Shown piece after piece: positions 30,068 through 40,042 of a DNA stretch of 64,000 bases. The notes below the pieces were generated by a model. It ran no database searches and had not been told where the DNA came from. It saw only the letters and a list, made by a program, of their open reading frames with translations. A program made the position numbers and the translations under genes. The DNA lies in contig JAUYIT010000017.1 of NCBI GenBank assembly GCA_030688315.1, forward strand, positions 2,845 through 66,844, given 5' to 3'. Positions within the stretch are counted from its first letter, which is position 1. Each line of letters begins with the position of its first letter. The stretch comes from Candidatus Komeilibacteria bacterium (GTDB lineage: Bacteria > Patescibacteriota > Patescibacteriia > UBA1558 > UBA10009).

Positions 30068-31035
30068 GCATTTTAGTTTCAGGTTCAGTGGTTTATGATA
30101 GGATCATGGATTTTCCGGGCGCTTTTAGCGATCACATTTTACCCGATCAGATCCATAATTTAAATGTCAGTTTTTTGGTGAAGGAATTTAAAGAAACTTT
30201 TGGCGGCGTGGCCGCTAATATCGCTTATAATCTGGCTTTGCTTAATGAACGGCCGCAGATTTATTCAGCGGTGGGCAAGGATTTTTCGCCTTACGCTTTG
30301 AGGTTAAAAAAATATAAGATTGATTTAAGCGGAGTTAAAGTTTATCCCGGGCAATACACTTCCAGCGCTTACATCATGACCGATAAAAATGATAATCAGA
30401 TTACCGGATTTTTTCCGGGCGCGATGAATTTTTTTGGCGCTCGGCCAAAATTGAAAAAAGGGGATATTGCCATTGTGGCACCGGGAAATAAAGATGAGAT
30501 GCTGGCTTTGGCCGATTACTATTTTAAAAATAAAATCTTTTTTATTTTTGATCCCGGCCAGCAGATCGGCCAATTTAATAAACAGCAGTTGACTAAAGCG
30601 CTTACTTCCTGCAATATTTATATTGTTAACGATTATGAACTGGCTTTAACCCAAAAAATAACCGGTTTAAATAAACAAGAATTATTAAAAAAATCAGTGG
30701 TGCTAATTACCACTTTGGGCGCCAAAGGTTCCAGTATTGAAATTTATCATAATAATCAGTTTAAGGCGTTTAGCGTTAAGGCGGTTAAGCCAAACAAAGT
30801 TGTTGACCCTACTGGCGCGGGCGATGCTTATCGAGCGGGTATAATCAAAGGATTATTGATGACAAAAGCAATCGGCCATGCCAATCTATTTGACTGGGAA
30901 TGGCTTAAAATCGGCCAGCTGGGCAGTTTATCGGCAAAGTATGCCGTTGAACAATACGGCACCCAAAATCATTCATACAGTTACAATCAGTTTAAAAAAG
31001 ATTATAATTTTAACTTTAATCAAATAATAAACTAA
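30064..31035 (+). CDS. PfkB family kinase, adenosine kinase-like
   Basis: SGSVVYDRIM, FGGVAANIAY, FDPGQQ, DPTGAGDAYRAG; adjacent to ahcY. Confidence 0.85.
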   Translation: MSILVSGSVVYDRIMDFPGAFSDHILPDQIHNLNVSFLVKEFKETFGGVAANIAYNLALLNERPQIYSAVGKDFSPYALRLKKYKIDLSGVKVYPGQYTSSAYIMTDKNDNQITGFFPGAMNFFGARPKLKKGDIAIVAPGNKDEMLALADYYFKNKIFFIFDPGQQIGQFNKQQLTKALTSCNIYIVNDYELALTQKITGLNKQELLKKSVVLITTLGAKGSSIEIYHNNQFKAFSVKAVKPNKVVDPTGAGDAYRAGIIKGLLMTKAIGHANLFDWEWLKIGQLGSLSAKYAVEQYGTQNHSYSYNQFKKDYNFNFNQIIN

Positions 31036-31038
31036 AAA

Positions 31039-32295
31039 ATGAAATACGACGTCAAGAATGTCAAACTAGCTCCAGCGGGAAAGAAACGAATCCTCTGGGC
31101 CGAAAAGCAGATGGATGTGTTGCGCCAAATCTCGGCTAGGTTTGCCAAACAAAAGCCCTTAAAAGGCGTAAAAATGGCCGCCTGTTTGCATGTAACCGCC
31201 GAAACAGCTAATTTGATGAGAACGCTTAAAGCCGGCGGTGCCAGCGTTGTTTTATGTGCTTCCAACCCTTTATCCACGCAGGATGAAGTAGCGGCTTCGC
31301 TGGTTAAAGATTTTGGCATTCCGGTTTTTGCCAGAAATAATATTGATAGAAAAGGTTATTATCGTCATTTAAATTCAGCTTTGGACACTAAGCCGAATTT
31401 GTCTATGGACGATGGCGCTGATTTAGTTTCATTACTTCATACCAAAAGAAAAGATCTGGTTAAGCATATTTTTGGCGGAACCGAAGAAACCACTACCGGC
31501 GTGATTAGATTGAAAGCGTTGGCGGAACAAAAAAAATTATTGTATCCCATTGTGGCGGTTAATGACGCGCAAACCAAGCACTTTTTTGACAATCGTTACG
31601 GTACCGGCCAATCAACCTTGGACGGCATTATCCGCGCCACCAACATTTTGCTGGCCGGAAAAACCGTGGTGGTGGCCGGTTATGGCTGGTGCGGCCGTGG
31701 GTTCGCGCTTAAGGCCAAAGCTATGGGCGCCAAGGTGATTGTGACCGAAGTTGAGGCGGTTAAGGCCTTAGAAGCAGTCATGGACGGTTTTGAGGTTAAA
31801 ACCATGTTGCAGGCGGCTTCCGTCGGCGATATCTTTTGCACTTTAACCGGCGATATTCACGTGATCCGCAAAGAGCATTTTGCCAAAATGAAAAACAACG
31901 CCGTGGTTTGCAACTCCGGCCACTTTGACGTGGAACTGGATTTGGTCGGCCTTAAAAAAATCAGCAAAAAGGTGGAAACGGTCAGGCCGTTTGTGCAGGC
32001 CTATACTTTAAAAAACGGCCGTGCCGTTAATGTGTTAGCCGAAGGCCGTTTGATTAACCTGGCTTCCGCCGAAGGGCACCCGGCTTCGGTTATGGATATG
32101 AGTTTTGCCAACCAATCTTTGGCGGCCGAATTTGTAGTTAAAAATTACAAGCATTTGGAAAAAAGAGTTTACGATGTGACGCAAAAAACGGATGATTACA
32201 TTGCCACGGCCAAGCTTAAGGCCATGGGCGTCAGCATTGATAAGTTGACCGCTGAACAGCAAAAGTATTTGACCAGTTGGGAAATGGGAACGTAG
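31039..32295 (+). CDS. ahcY: Adenosylhomocysteinase
   Basis: [48 protein letters not shown]. Confidence 0.97.
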   Translation: MKYDVKNVKLAPAGKKRILWAEKQMDVLRQISARFAKQKPLKGVKMAACLHVTAETANLMRTLKAGGASVVLCASNPLSTQDEVAASLVKDFGIPVFARNNIDRKGYYRHLNSALDTKPNLSMDDGADLVSLLHTKRKDLVKHIFGGTEETTTGVIRLKALAEQKKLLYPIVAVNDAQTKHFFDNRYGTGQSTLDGIIRATNILLAGKTVVVAGYGWCGRGFALKAKAMGAKVIVTEVEAVKALEAVMDGFEVKTMLQAASVGDIFCTLTGDIHVIRKEHFAKMKNNAVVCNSGHFDVELDLVGLKKISKKVETVRPFVQAYTLKNGRAVNVLAEGRLINLASAEGHPASVMDMSFANQSLAAEFVVKNYKHLEKRVYDVTQKTDDYIATAKLKAMGVSIDKLTAEQQKYLTSWEMGT

Positions 32296-32302
32296 TTTGA
32301 AC

Positions 32303-32413
32303 TGCTCGGTCGGGCAAGAAAACTTTTTGCCCTCGTCTCCGGCCTTCGCCGCGACAGGCGGCTCGCCCGGTATTTTTCACTCGGTTCAAAAAGTTTTCTT
32401 GCCCTTCCTCGCA
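32303..32413 (-). repeat. Nested hairpin element with GA/GA loops (copy 4), antisense to the operon
   Basis: Perfect 18-bp inverted repeat 32312-32329 / 32387-32404; minus strand reads TGC-GA-GG-AA-[stem]-GA-CC-GA-GCA. Confidence 0.75.
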
Positions 32414-32427
32414 TTAATTAACAAGTT

Positions 32428-33429
32428 ATGAATTTACTAGTAACCGGCGGGGCCGGTTTTGCCGGCTCCAACTTTATCAGGTATATTTTGCGGAAGTATC
32501 CCAACTACCGGATTTTTAATTTGGATAAACTGACCTATGCCGGCAATTTGGACAATCTGAAAGATATTGAAGGCAACGCCAACTATAAGTTCATTAAAGG
32601 CGACATTGTTGATCAGCGCATGGTGTTTAAAATCTGCCGCAACAATAAAATCGACGCCATTCTTAACTACGCCGCCGAAACCCACGTGGACCGATCCATT
32701 TTGGATCCCGCTGATTTTGTTAAAACCGACGTCATCGGCACTTATAACATTCTGGAAGCGGTCAAGGAATTCAAGCTTCAAAAATTCGTGCAAATTTCTA
32801 CCGATGAAGTTTACGGCAGTTTAACCAAGGGCCAGTTTACAGAAGAATCGCCATTTTTACCCAATTCACCTTATAGCGCTTCCAAAGCCGGCGCCGATTT
32901 GCTGTGCCGGTCATATGTTAAAACCTATAAACTGCCGGTGGTTGTTACGCATAGCTGTAATTTTTACGGGCCCTATCAGTATCCCGAAAAAATGATTCCC
33001 TTGTTTGTTACCAACCTGATGGAAGGCAAAAAGGTGCCGTTGTACGGCAAAGGCGAAAACACTCGCGAATGGATTTACGTATTGGATCATTGCCGGGCCA
33101 TTGATTTTTTACTGCATAAGGGCGTCAACGGCGAGGTCTACAATATCGGCACGGGCGTGGAAAAAAAGAATATACAAATCACTCAGATATTTTTGGCTGA
33201 ACTGGGTTTGGATAAAAAAATGATTGAATTCGTCAAGGATCGGCCGGGCCATGACTGGCGCTATGCCGTTAATTCAAATAAATTGAAAAAATTGGGCTGG
33301 AGTCCTGAATATGATTTTGACGACGCAATGAGGGAAACAATCCGCTGGTACCAAAAAAACGAGTGGTGGTGGAAAAAACTTAAGTCCGGCGAGTATCTTA
33401 AGTATTACAAAAAACAGTACGGTCTTTAA
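32428..33429 (+). CDS. rfbB: dTDP-glucose 4,6-dehydratase
   Basis: DKLTYAGN, AAETHVDRSI, STDEVYG, YSASKA, PEKMIP, DRPGHDWRY. Confidence 0.96.
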   Translation: MNLLVTGGAGFAGSNFIRYILRKYPNYRIFNLDKLTYAGNLDNLKDIEGNANYKFIKGDIVDQRMVFKICRNNKIDAILNYAAETHVDRSILDPADFVKTDVIGTYNILEAVKEFKLQKFVQISTDEVYGSLTKGQFTEESPFLPNSPYSASKAGADLLCRSYVKTYKLPVVVTHSCNFYGPYQYPEKMIPLFVTNLMEGKKVPLYGKGENTREWIYVLDHCRAIDFLLHKGVNGEVYNIGTGVEKKNIQITQIFLAELGLDKKMIEFVKDRPGHDWRYAVNSNKLKKLGWSPEYDFDDAMRETIRWYQKNEWWWKKLKSGEYLKYYKKQYGL

Positions 33430-33431
33430 TT

Positions 33432-34250
33432 ATGAAAATATTATTACTTGGTGCGAACGGCATGCTCGGCCACGCGTTGGCCGATGTTTTTGTGGAAGAA
33501 GATTTGGTGCTGGGCGATCTGCCGGATTATGATATTACAAATTATGACGATCTTAATTTAAAGATTGATCAAATTAAACCCGAAGTGATTATCAATGCCG
33601 CGGCCTACACCAATGTTGACGGCTGTGAAACGGATAAAGAATTATGTTTGTCGGTTAACGGTTTGGCCATGGGTAATTTGGCCGCGGCGGCAAAAAAACA
33701 GCAGGCCGTTCTGATTCATTATTCCACCGATTATGTTTTTGATGGGGATAATAAAGACGGCTACGCTGAAGATGAGCCGATTAATCCCGTAAACGCGTAC
33801 GGCGTTAGCAAAGCCAAAGGCGAAGAATTGATCCGACAATCAGGTTGTAATTTTTATTTAATCAGAACGGCCTGGCTGTACGGCAAATACGGCAAGAATT
33901 TCGTGGACACGATTATCGATCTGTCAGTTAAACAGGAAGAAATCAAAGTGGTTAACGATCAATTCGGCAACCCAACTTACGCGCCGGATTTGGCCAAAGC
34001 CACCCGTCAGCTTATGATTGACAAAAAGCCATTTGGCGTTTATCATCAAACCAACGCCAATAACTGTAGTTGGTACGATTTTGCCTTAAGGATTAAGGAA
34101 ATCAAGGGTTTTGAGGCCGTTATCACTCCGGTCAGTTCCGCCGAATTTCCTAGACCGGCCAAACGGCCTAATTATTCAATTTTAATCAATACTAAGTTGA
34201 CTCCTTTGAGGAGTTGGCAGGAGGCCTTGGTCGAGTATTTGAAAAAATAA
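33432..34250 (+). CDS. rfbD: dTDP-4-dehydrorhamnose reductase
   Basis: GANGMLG, NAAAYTNVD, STDYVFDG, YGVSK, DQFGNPTY, PAKRP. Confidence 0.95.
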   Translation: MKILLLGANGMLGHALADVFVEEDLVLGDLPDYDITNYDDLNLKIDQIKPEVIINAAAYTNVDGCETDKELCLSVNGLAMGNLAAAAKKQQAVLIHYSTDYVFDGDNKDGYAEDEPINPVNAYGVSKAKGEELIRQSGCNFYLIRTAWLYGKYGKNFVDTIIDLSVKQEEIKVVNDQFGNPTYAPDLAKATRQLMIDKKPFGVYHQTNANNCSWYDFALRIKEIKGFEAVITPVSSAEFPRPAKRPNYSILINTKLTPLRSWQEALVEYLKK

Positions 34251-34252
34251 CC

Positions 34253-34684
34253 ATGATCAAAGAAAATTTACCGGAAAAAACCAATCAACAACCTTTAGTA
34301 AAACATGATACGTCTAACGAGGGCTATCTTGCTCATAACAGTGAATTTTTAGACAAGCAACTAGTCGACCAGGCATTAAGAGGTTTATTTGATAAAGCCA
34401 AAAAAGAGGTTGCGGACGAAAGACAAGCCAAGGGCGAACCGCTTGATCCATGGGCGGAATGGCTTAAGGGCCAACAAATCGACGATGCTGAATTTTCTGA
34501 ACTGCCGGACGATCAATTGCCAATCAACCACCCGGTTAGAAAATATTTAGAAGAATTAAGAGATTACTATCAAGGAAAACTAGACGGTTTAACGCCGTCA
34601 GAAACAAAAAACCCCGAGTGGCAAGAGGGGATTGAAATGTTTAAGGGCAGAGTGGCAATGATTGAAAAGCACCTTAATCCATGA
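34253..34684 (+). CDS. Hypothetical acidic helical protein
   Basis: ORF fills the gap between rfbD and rfbA; ATG 2 bp after the rfbD stop. Confidence 0.65.
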   Translation: MIKENLPEKTNQQPLVKHDTSNEGYLAHNSEFLDKQLVDQALRGLFDKAKKEVADERQAKGEPLDPWAEWLKGQQIDDAEFSELPDDQLPINHPVRKYLEELRDYYQGKLDGLTPSETKNPEWQEGIEMFKGRVAMIEKHLNP

Positions 34685-34697
34685 TTACAAAGATATT

Positions 34698-35423
34698 ATG
34701 AGAGGAATAATATTATCAGGCGGGTTGGCTACCAGGCTTAGACCCTGCACCACCGTTACCAGTAAACAACTTTTGCCCGTTTACAACCGGCCGATGATTT
34801 ATTATCCCTTAAATACTTTAATTAAGGCGGGGATTAAGGAAATTCTGATCATCGTGGCGCCCGAACGGGCGGGGGATTATTTAAACCTGCTTGGTTCTGG
34901 TAAGCAGTTCGGCGTTAAGCTGACTTATGAAATTCAGGATCATCCCGCCGGTTTGCCCGAGGCGTTTATGATCGGCGAGAATTTTATTGACGATCAAAAC
35001 GTCGCCCTCATTTTGGGCGATAACATTTTTGAAGACGATTTTACGGAAGACATTAAAAACTTCAAAAAGGGAGCAAAGATTTTTGCCAAACAGGTGCCGG
35101 ATCCGGAACGCAGCGGCGTGGTTCAGTTTGACGCCAAGATGAAGGCGATTAAAATCGTGGAAAAACCCAAGGAAAAAATCAGCGATTACGCTATTACCGG
35201 TTTGTATTTATACGATCACCGCGTGATTGAGGCGGCCAAGGGCCTTAAACCCAGCCCCAGAGGCGAACTGGAAATAGTGGATTTGCACAATTGGTATTTG
35301 TCTAAAGGCGAATTGGAGGTCGGTTTTGTTAAGGGTGAATGGATTGATGCCGGTACATTTGACAGTTTGTTGAAAGCGCAAATTTTAGCTAAAGAACGAT
35401 TGCAAGATAAATTGATTATCTAA
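34698..35423 (+). CDS. rfbA: Glucose-1-phosphate thymidylyltransferase (short form)
   Basis: GIILSGGLATRLRP, SKQLLPVY, LGDNIF, PSPRGELEI, WIDAGTFDSL. Confidence 0.93.
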   Translation: MRGIILSGGLATRLRPCTTVTSKQLLPVYNRPMIYYPLNTLIKAGIKEILIIVAPERAGDYLNLLGSGKQFGVKLTYEIQDHPAGLPEAFMIGENFIDDQNVALILGDNIFEDDFTEDIKNFKKGAKIFAKQVPDPERSGVVQFDAKMKAIKIVEKPKEKISDYAITGLYLYDHRVIEAAKGLKPSPRGELEIVDLHNWYLSKGELEVGFVKGEWIDAGTFDSLLKAQILAKERLQDKLII

Positions 35424-35424
35424 A

Positions 35425-35473
35425 AAACGGCCCGCCGCCTGCCTGCCGGCAGGCAGGATTCGGCGGGTCGTTT
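35425..35473. terminator. Bidirectional terminator hairpin with a 20-bp palindrome in its loop
   Basis: AAACGGCCCGCCG...CGGCGGGTCGTTT between convergent genes; CCTGCCTGCCGGCAGGCAGG at 35438-35457. Confidence 0.75.
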
Positions 35474-35486
35474 ATTTTTTTACTTT

Positions 35487-36827
35487 CTAAGGTTGAATTT
35501 CAAATTTATAAAAGCCGGGAACATTGTCAATCGTGGCGCTGGCAAACAGCCAGTCGCCTTTTTTATTTGCCGAAACCAGGCCGCTCTGTTCCGGATCAAT
35601 TTCTAAAATGTCATAAACGTTTCTGGCATCGCGGCTGTCCAGTTCGTATAACTTAAGTTGGTTGCCGACTTCCGCGTAAACATAAACGGCATTAGGATGC
35701 CAAAACGCCCGGCTGATTTTTTGGCTGGTTCGTTCCAAAAAAACTTGCTGGTTAAACTCTGGATAATAAACCCAGAGTTCTGCATTGTCCCAGTAGACCA
35801 TGGACCGTCCCAGCCAGCCAAAACCGGCAACGTTTTTCAAAATTGTTTTAACCGGCTGGTTTTTATCTTCCGGACTGATTAGGTAAAGCTGTTTTTCATT
35901 TTGATCGTGCAAAACCACGTCGCCGGCCTGATTTTGGCTAAAATTGTAATCGGTTTGTTCCGGCAAGCTGAAAATAATCCTGTTTTCTCCGGGCAAATAT
36001 GATTTAAGAAAAAAGCCGTCAGGATTTTTAACCAAGGTTAAAGCCCCGTTTTTATAAGGCAAAAAAGTAAAATTCATTTCGGTGTTAACGGGTGTTGCGG
36101 TGTTGGCGGGCAAATTAATCAGCAATAGTTGGCTGCCTGTAAGGCCATATAGCAAATTATCGTTTTGGCTATGCCATTTAACATCGGTCAAAACGCCTTT
36201 GGTTAGGTTTTGCAGATCAGTTGTTAGGCCGGGCGAATCCTTATGGACTGTTAAAAAATGGTTACCGGCCTTAAAAAGGATTTTTTTATTGCTGCTTGAC
36301 CAGCCGACCAACGCCAGTGGTTGTTCTGCCGAAGAATAAAGCCGAGTTATTTTATTATCGCCCGCGTTGTAATGCCATAAAATTTGCTCGTCGCCAAGCT
36401 GTTCAATTAAAGCAAAATTTTCCCGGTTGGAATCCGGCAAAAGTTCCGTAAAGATTCCTTCGACCACCGCCGTTATTTTAGGTGTTTGGTAAATTAAAGA
36501 AACGTCTTCAATAAAAGTCGCGGTTTGCGACTGGATGGCCAAATTTTTAATCCAAGGTAAAAAGCCCTCTTTAGAAATTTTAACTTCGTATATTTTTGGC
36601 AACAGGCGGGTAATTTGGCTGGGCGTGGTTTTTTTGTGCCTGTCGCCGTTTAAAAAAACGTCGGCGTCTTTAGGGAATGATTTAATGAAAAAAACACCGG
36701 TTTTTTCCAGACGGTTTTTTTGCCAGTTGTATTTATAGCCCAGGCCGTACAAAATCAACAAAGGCGAAAGAACCAGAAAAATCAGGGCCAGTCCCAGCAC
36801 TAAAAAGCGGCGCGTTCTTAAATTCAT
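35487..36827 (-). CDS. PEGA-domain membrane-anchored protein with a probable beta-propeller
   Basis: N-terminal TM; TGVFFIKSFPKDADVFLNG...LLPKIYEVKISKEGF.PW.K. Confidence 0.82.
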   Translation of the reverse strand: MNLRTRRFLVLGLALIFLVLSPLLILYGLGYKYNWQKNRLEKTGVFFIKSFPKDADVFLNGDRHKKTTPSQITRLLPKIYEVKISKEGFLPWIKNLAIQSQTATFIEDVSLIYQTPKITAVVEGIFTELLPDSNRENFALIEQLGDEQILWHYNAGDNKITRLYSSAEQPLALVGWSSSNKKILFKAGNHFLTVHKDSPGLTTDLQNLTKGVLTDVKWHSQNDNLLYGLTGSQLLLINLPANTATPVNTEMNFTFLPYKNGALTLVKNPDGFFLKSYLPGENRIIFSLPEQTDYNFSQNQAGDVVLHDQNEKQLYLISPEDKNQPVKTILKNVAGFGWLGRSMVYWDNAELWVYYPEFNQQVFLERTSQKISRAFWHPNAVYVYAEVGNQLKLYELDSRDARNVYDILEIDPEQSGLVSANKKGDWLFASATIDNVPGFYKFEIQP

Positions 36828-36908
36828 AATGACTTGTTTTTTTAAGGAAAAAGTATTAGAATACTATGTATATAATTTGGAGTTAAATCAGGTTACCAGT
36901 ATCATACA

Positions 36909-38222
36909 ATGTCTTATTATATAATTCAAGGTAAAAGCAAGTTACATGGCTCGGTTAAGGTAAATTCCACCAAAAACTCCACTTTGGCTCTGTTATGCGC
37001 CTCGCTTTTAAACCGCGGCCAAACAGAGCTTTTTAACTTTCCGGATTTGGAGGAAAACAAAAGGATTATTGAAGTTTTATCCAGTTTGGGGGTTAAATTC
37101 AGCCGGCCCGGCAACAGGCGCCTGCTAATACAACCGCCAAAAAAATTATTAATAAATAAAATAGATTTTAAGGCAGCGTCTAAAACCAGAGCCGTGTTAA
37201 TGCTGCTCGGGTCGCTGATCCATTTTTTCCCCAGTTTTAAACTGCCCAAATCAAGCGGCTGTAAACTGGGTTCCCGCACCATTACTCCTTATATTTTTGC
37301 TTTGGAAAATTTTGGCGTAACCATTAAGTCCAAAACCGGCTGGTTTCAGGTTAAGCGCGATCCTAGGATCCACAATCAGGAAATTATTATGTACGAATCA
37401 GGCGATACGGCTACCGCGGCGGTGTTAATGGCGGCCGCCTTAACGCGCGAGCCGACCGTGATTAAATACGCCTCGGCCAATTATCAGATTCAGGAACTGT
37501 GTTATTATTTGCAAAAACTGGGCGTTAAAATAGAAGGTTTGGGTACTACCACTCTCACTGTTCATGGCGTTAAATCCATCAACAAAAAAGTTCAGTATCA
37601 TTTGGCCGAAGACCCAATTGAAGCTATGCTCTTTATTTCTTTAGCCGCCCTGACTAATTCTTCAATAACCATTAAGGGCTGTCCGATTGATTTTTTGGAA
37701 CTGGAATTGCTGAAGCTTAAAAAAATGGGCTTTAACTACCAGATTTTGAAAAAATACTTTTCCAACAACGGTCAAACGAAACTGTTGGATATTAAAACTT
37801 TGCCCTCTCGCTTAATTGCTCCCAAAGATAAAATTTCCGCCCAACCTTACCCGGGCTTAAATATTGATAACTTGCCCTTTTTTGTGCCTATTGCCACGCA
37901 GGCCAAAGGCCGGACTTTAATCCATGACTGGGTTTATGAAAACCGGGCCATTTATTATAATGAGTTTAATCGTTTGGGCGCCAAAGTCACTTTGGCCGAC
38001 CCGCACCGTGTTTATATAGATGGACCCACCCCGCTTAAGGCCAACGAGATTGTTTGTCCGCCCTCGCTTAGGCCATCAGTAATCATTTTAATCGCCATGC
38101 TGGCCGCCAGCGGCAAATCCATTTTAAGGAATACTTACAACATTGACCGCGGTTATGAAAATTTGCACGAGCGCTTAAAACAGCTGGGAGCCAAAATTGA
38201 GCGGATAGCGGAGAAGGAATAG
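36909..38222 (+). CDS. murA: UDP-N-acetylglucosamine 1-carboxyvinyltransferase
   Basis: KNS, GCKLGSR (active-site Cys retained), PYPG, YENR, IDRGYE. Confidence 0.9.
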   Translation: MSYYIIQGKSKLHGSVKVNSTKNSTLALLCASLLNRGQTELFNFPDLEENKRIIEVLSSLGVKFSRPGNRRLLIQPPKKLLINKIDFKAASKTRAVLMLLGSLIHFFPSFKLPKSSGCKLGSRTITPYIFALENFGVTIKSKTGWFQVKRDPRIHNQEIIMYESGDTATAAVLMAAALTREPTVIKYASANYQIQELCYYLQKLGVKIEGLGTTTLTVHGVKSINKKVQYHLAEDPIEAMLFISLAALTNSSITIKGCPIDFLELELLKLKKMGFNYQILKKYFSNNGQTKLLDIKTLPSRLIAPKDKISAQPYPGLNIDNLPFFVPIATQAKGRTLIHDWVYENRAIYYNEFNRLGAKVTLADPHRVYIDGPTPLKANEIVCPPSLRPSVIILIAMLAASGKSILRNTYNIDRGYENLHERLKQLGAKIERIAEKE

Positions 38223-38249
38223 TTTTTGCAAAATAATTATCTAATATTT

Positions 38250-39539
38250 ATGATGGAAACAAATAACCAACCGGCTGAATCGGCCGGCTATCAGTTTAAA
38301 AAAGGCAGCCGGCCGTCCGGCCTGATCGCGGTCATTGTTTTTGTAATCATCGCCTTTTTTATCGGCGTCATGTTTGGCCAAAACCGGCAGGTCACCTTAA
38401 ATAACGGCGGCGTCAATACCGACGCCAACGGTGGTAAGGTTTTAAACACCGACAGTTTGCCGGATTATCTGGCCAAGGATGTTAATTTTAAAAATTTTTG
38501 GAAGGTCTGGGATATTATCAAGAACAAACATATTGACCGCGGCCAAATCAGCGATACCCAGCTGTATTACGGCGCTTTAAAGGGCGTAGTTGACGCCTTA
38601 GGTGATCCTTACTCGGTGTTTTTTAACCCCGAGACCTCCAAGGAGTTTAACGATGAACTGCAGGGCAAATTTGAGGGTATTGGCGCCGAAATCGGCCTGC
38701 GTGACGAGCGCTTGACCGTGATCGCGCCCTTACCTGATTCACCGGCCGAAAAAGCCGGCGTCAAGGCATTGGATAAAATTATCGCCATTGACGACAAAGA
38801 TACCACGGGTATAGCTTTGGACGAAGCGGTAAAGCTGATTAGGGGTGATAAAGGCACCACCGTTACCTTAAGCATCATCCATCAGGGTCAAACCGAAGCT
38901 AAAAAAATCACCATTACCCGCGATACCATTAAAATTAAAAGCGTCACTTATCAAAACAAGGACGGTTACGCTTACATAAAAATCAGCAATTTTAACTCCG
39001 ATACCAACGCTTTGTTTTTGGAAGCCGTAAACGAATTGGTTAAAACTTCGCCCAAAGGCGTGATTCTGGATTTAAGAAACGATCCGGGCGGTTATTTGGA
39101 TATGGCCGTGGCCATTGCTGGTTACTGGGTGGAGCGCGGCCAGGTGGTGGTTAAGGAGGAGTTTAGCGACGCCGAATTAAATCAGGATTATAATTCATCC
39201 GGCCTGGCGCAACTTAAAGATTATCCCACCGTGGTTTTGGTTAATGGCGGTTCGGCTTCGGCTTCCGAAATCGTGGCCGGCGCCCTTCAGGATTACGGCT
39301 TGGCCACCATTATCGGCACCACCACTTTTGGCAAGGGTTCGGTACAGGAACTGGAAAAATTGAGCGATGGCTCGTCCATTAAAATTACCATTGCCCGCTG
39401 GCTGACACCCCAGGGCCGGACCATAGAAAAAAACGGTATTACTCCGGATTTGATTGTGGAAATAAAAGAAGAGGATTACGAGGCCAATAAAGATCCGCAA
39501 TTGGATCAGGCCATTGCCACGCTTAACGCAAAGCAGTAA
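38250..39539 (+). CDS. S41 C-terminal processing peptidase (CtpA/Prc family)
   Basis: LGDPYS, FEGIGAE, PDZ domain, LDLRNDPGG, SASASEIVAGAL, TFGKGSVQ. Confidence 0.93.
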   Translation: MMETNNQPAESAGYQFKKGSRPSGLIAVIVFVIIAFFIGVMFGQNRQVTLNNGGVNTDANGGKVLNTDSLPDYLAKDVNFKNFWKVWDIIKNKHIDRGQISDTQLYYGALKGVVDALGDPYSVFFNPETSKEFNDELQGKFEGIGAEIGLRDERLTVIAPLPDSPAEKAGVKALDKIIAIDDKDTTGIALDEAVKLIRGDKGTTVTLSIIHQGQTEAKKITITRDTIKIKSVTYQNKDGYAYIKISNFNSDTNALFLEAVNELVKTSPKGVILDLRNDPGGYLDMAVAIAGYWVERGQVVVKEEFSDAELNQDYNSSGLAQLKDYPTVVLVNGGSASASEIVAGALQDYGLATIIGTTTFGKGSVQELEKLSDGSSIKITIARWLTPQGRTIEKNGITPDLIVEIKEEDYEANKDPQLDQAIATLNAKQ

Positions 39540-39568
39540 AATATTAAAGATGGCTGTAAACTAAAAAT

Positions 39569-40018
39569 ATGCTGGTTTTTTTATTAAAAAACATCGCGGG
39601 TCTGGGTTTAAAGGGCGAAATTAAAAACGTATCTGACGGCTATGCCCGCAATTTTTTATTGCCGCAAAAGTCAGCCGAAAGCGTTTCGGCCAAGCAAGGC
39701 GAACAATTAAAGGCCCTGCAAAAATCGCAGGCCAACAAGGCGGTGGCCGCTACCGCCTCGGTTAAATCGGTACTTGGCCAGCTGGAAGGTAAAACCATTA
39801 AAGTAAGCGGACCGGCTTCAGCCAAGGGAACTTTGTATAAAGGAATTTCCGCCCAGCAAATCGTTAAGGCAATCGCGGATCAGCTTAAGCAGGAGATTCC
39901 CGCTGATTATGTAATTTTAGAGGAGCCCTTAAAGGAAGTAGGCAAGCACTCGGTCGGTTTAAAATTTCATAATGAAAAAGTTAAATTAAACATTGAAATA
40001 TTGCCCGGCGACAAATAA
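39569..40018 (+). CDS. rplI: 50S ribosomal protein L9
   Basis: [35 protein letters not shown]. Confidence 0.93.
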   Translation: MLVFLLKNIAGLGLKGEIKNVSDGYARNFLLPQKSAESVSAKQGEQLKALQKSQANKAVAATASVKSVLGQLEGKTIKVSGPASAKGTLYKGISAQQIVKAIADQLKQEIPADYVILEEPLKEVGKHSVGLKFHNEKVKLNIEILPGDK

Positions 40019-40042
40019 TTGTTTCCGCGCTTTTTAAATAAA

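Noticed and set aside
32296-32427. Possible SAH/SAM riboswitch near ahcY
   Set aside because: It lies downstream of ahcY, folds best on the opposite strand and shows no recognisable riboswitch consensus
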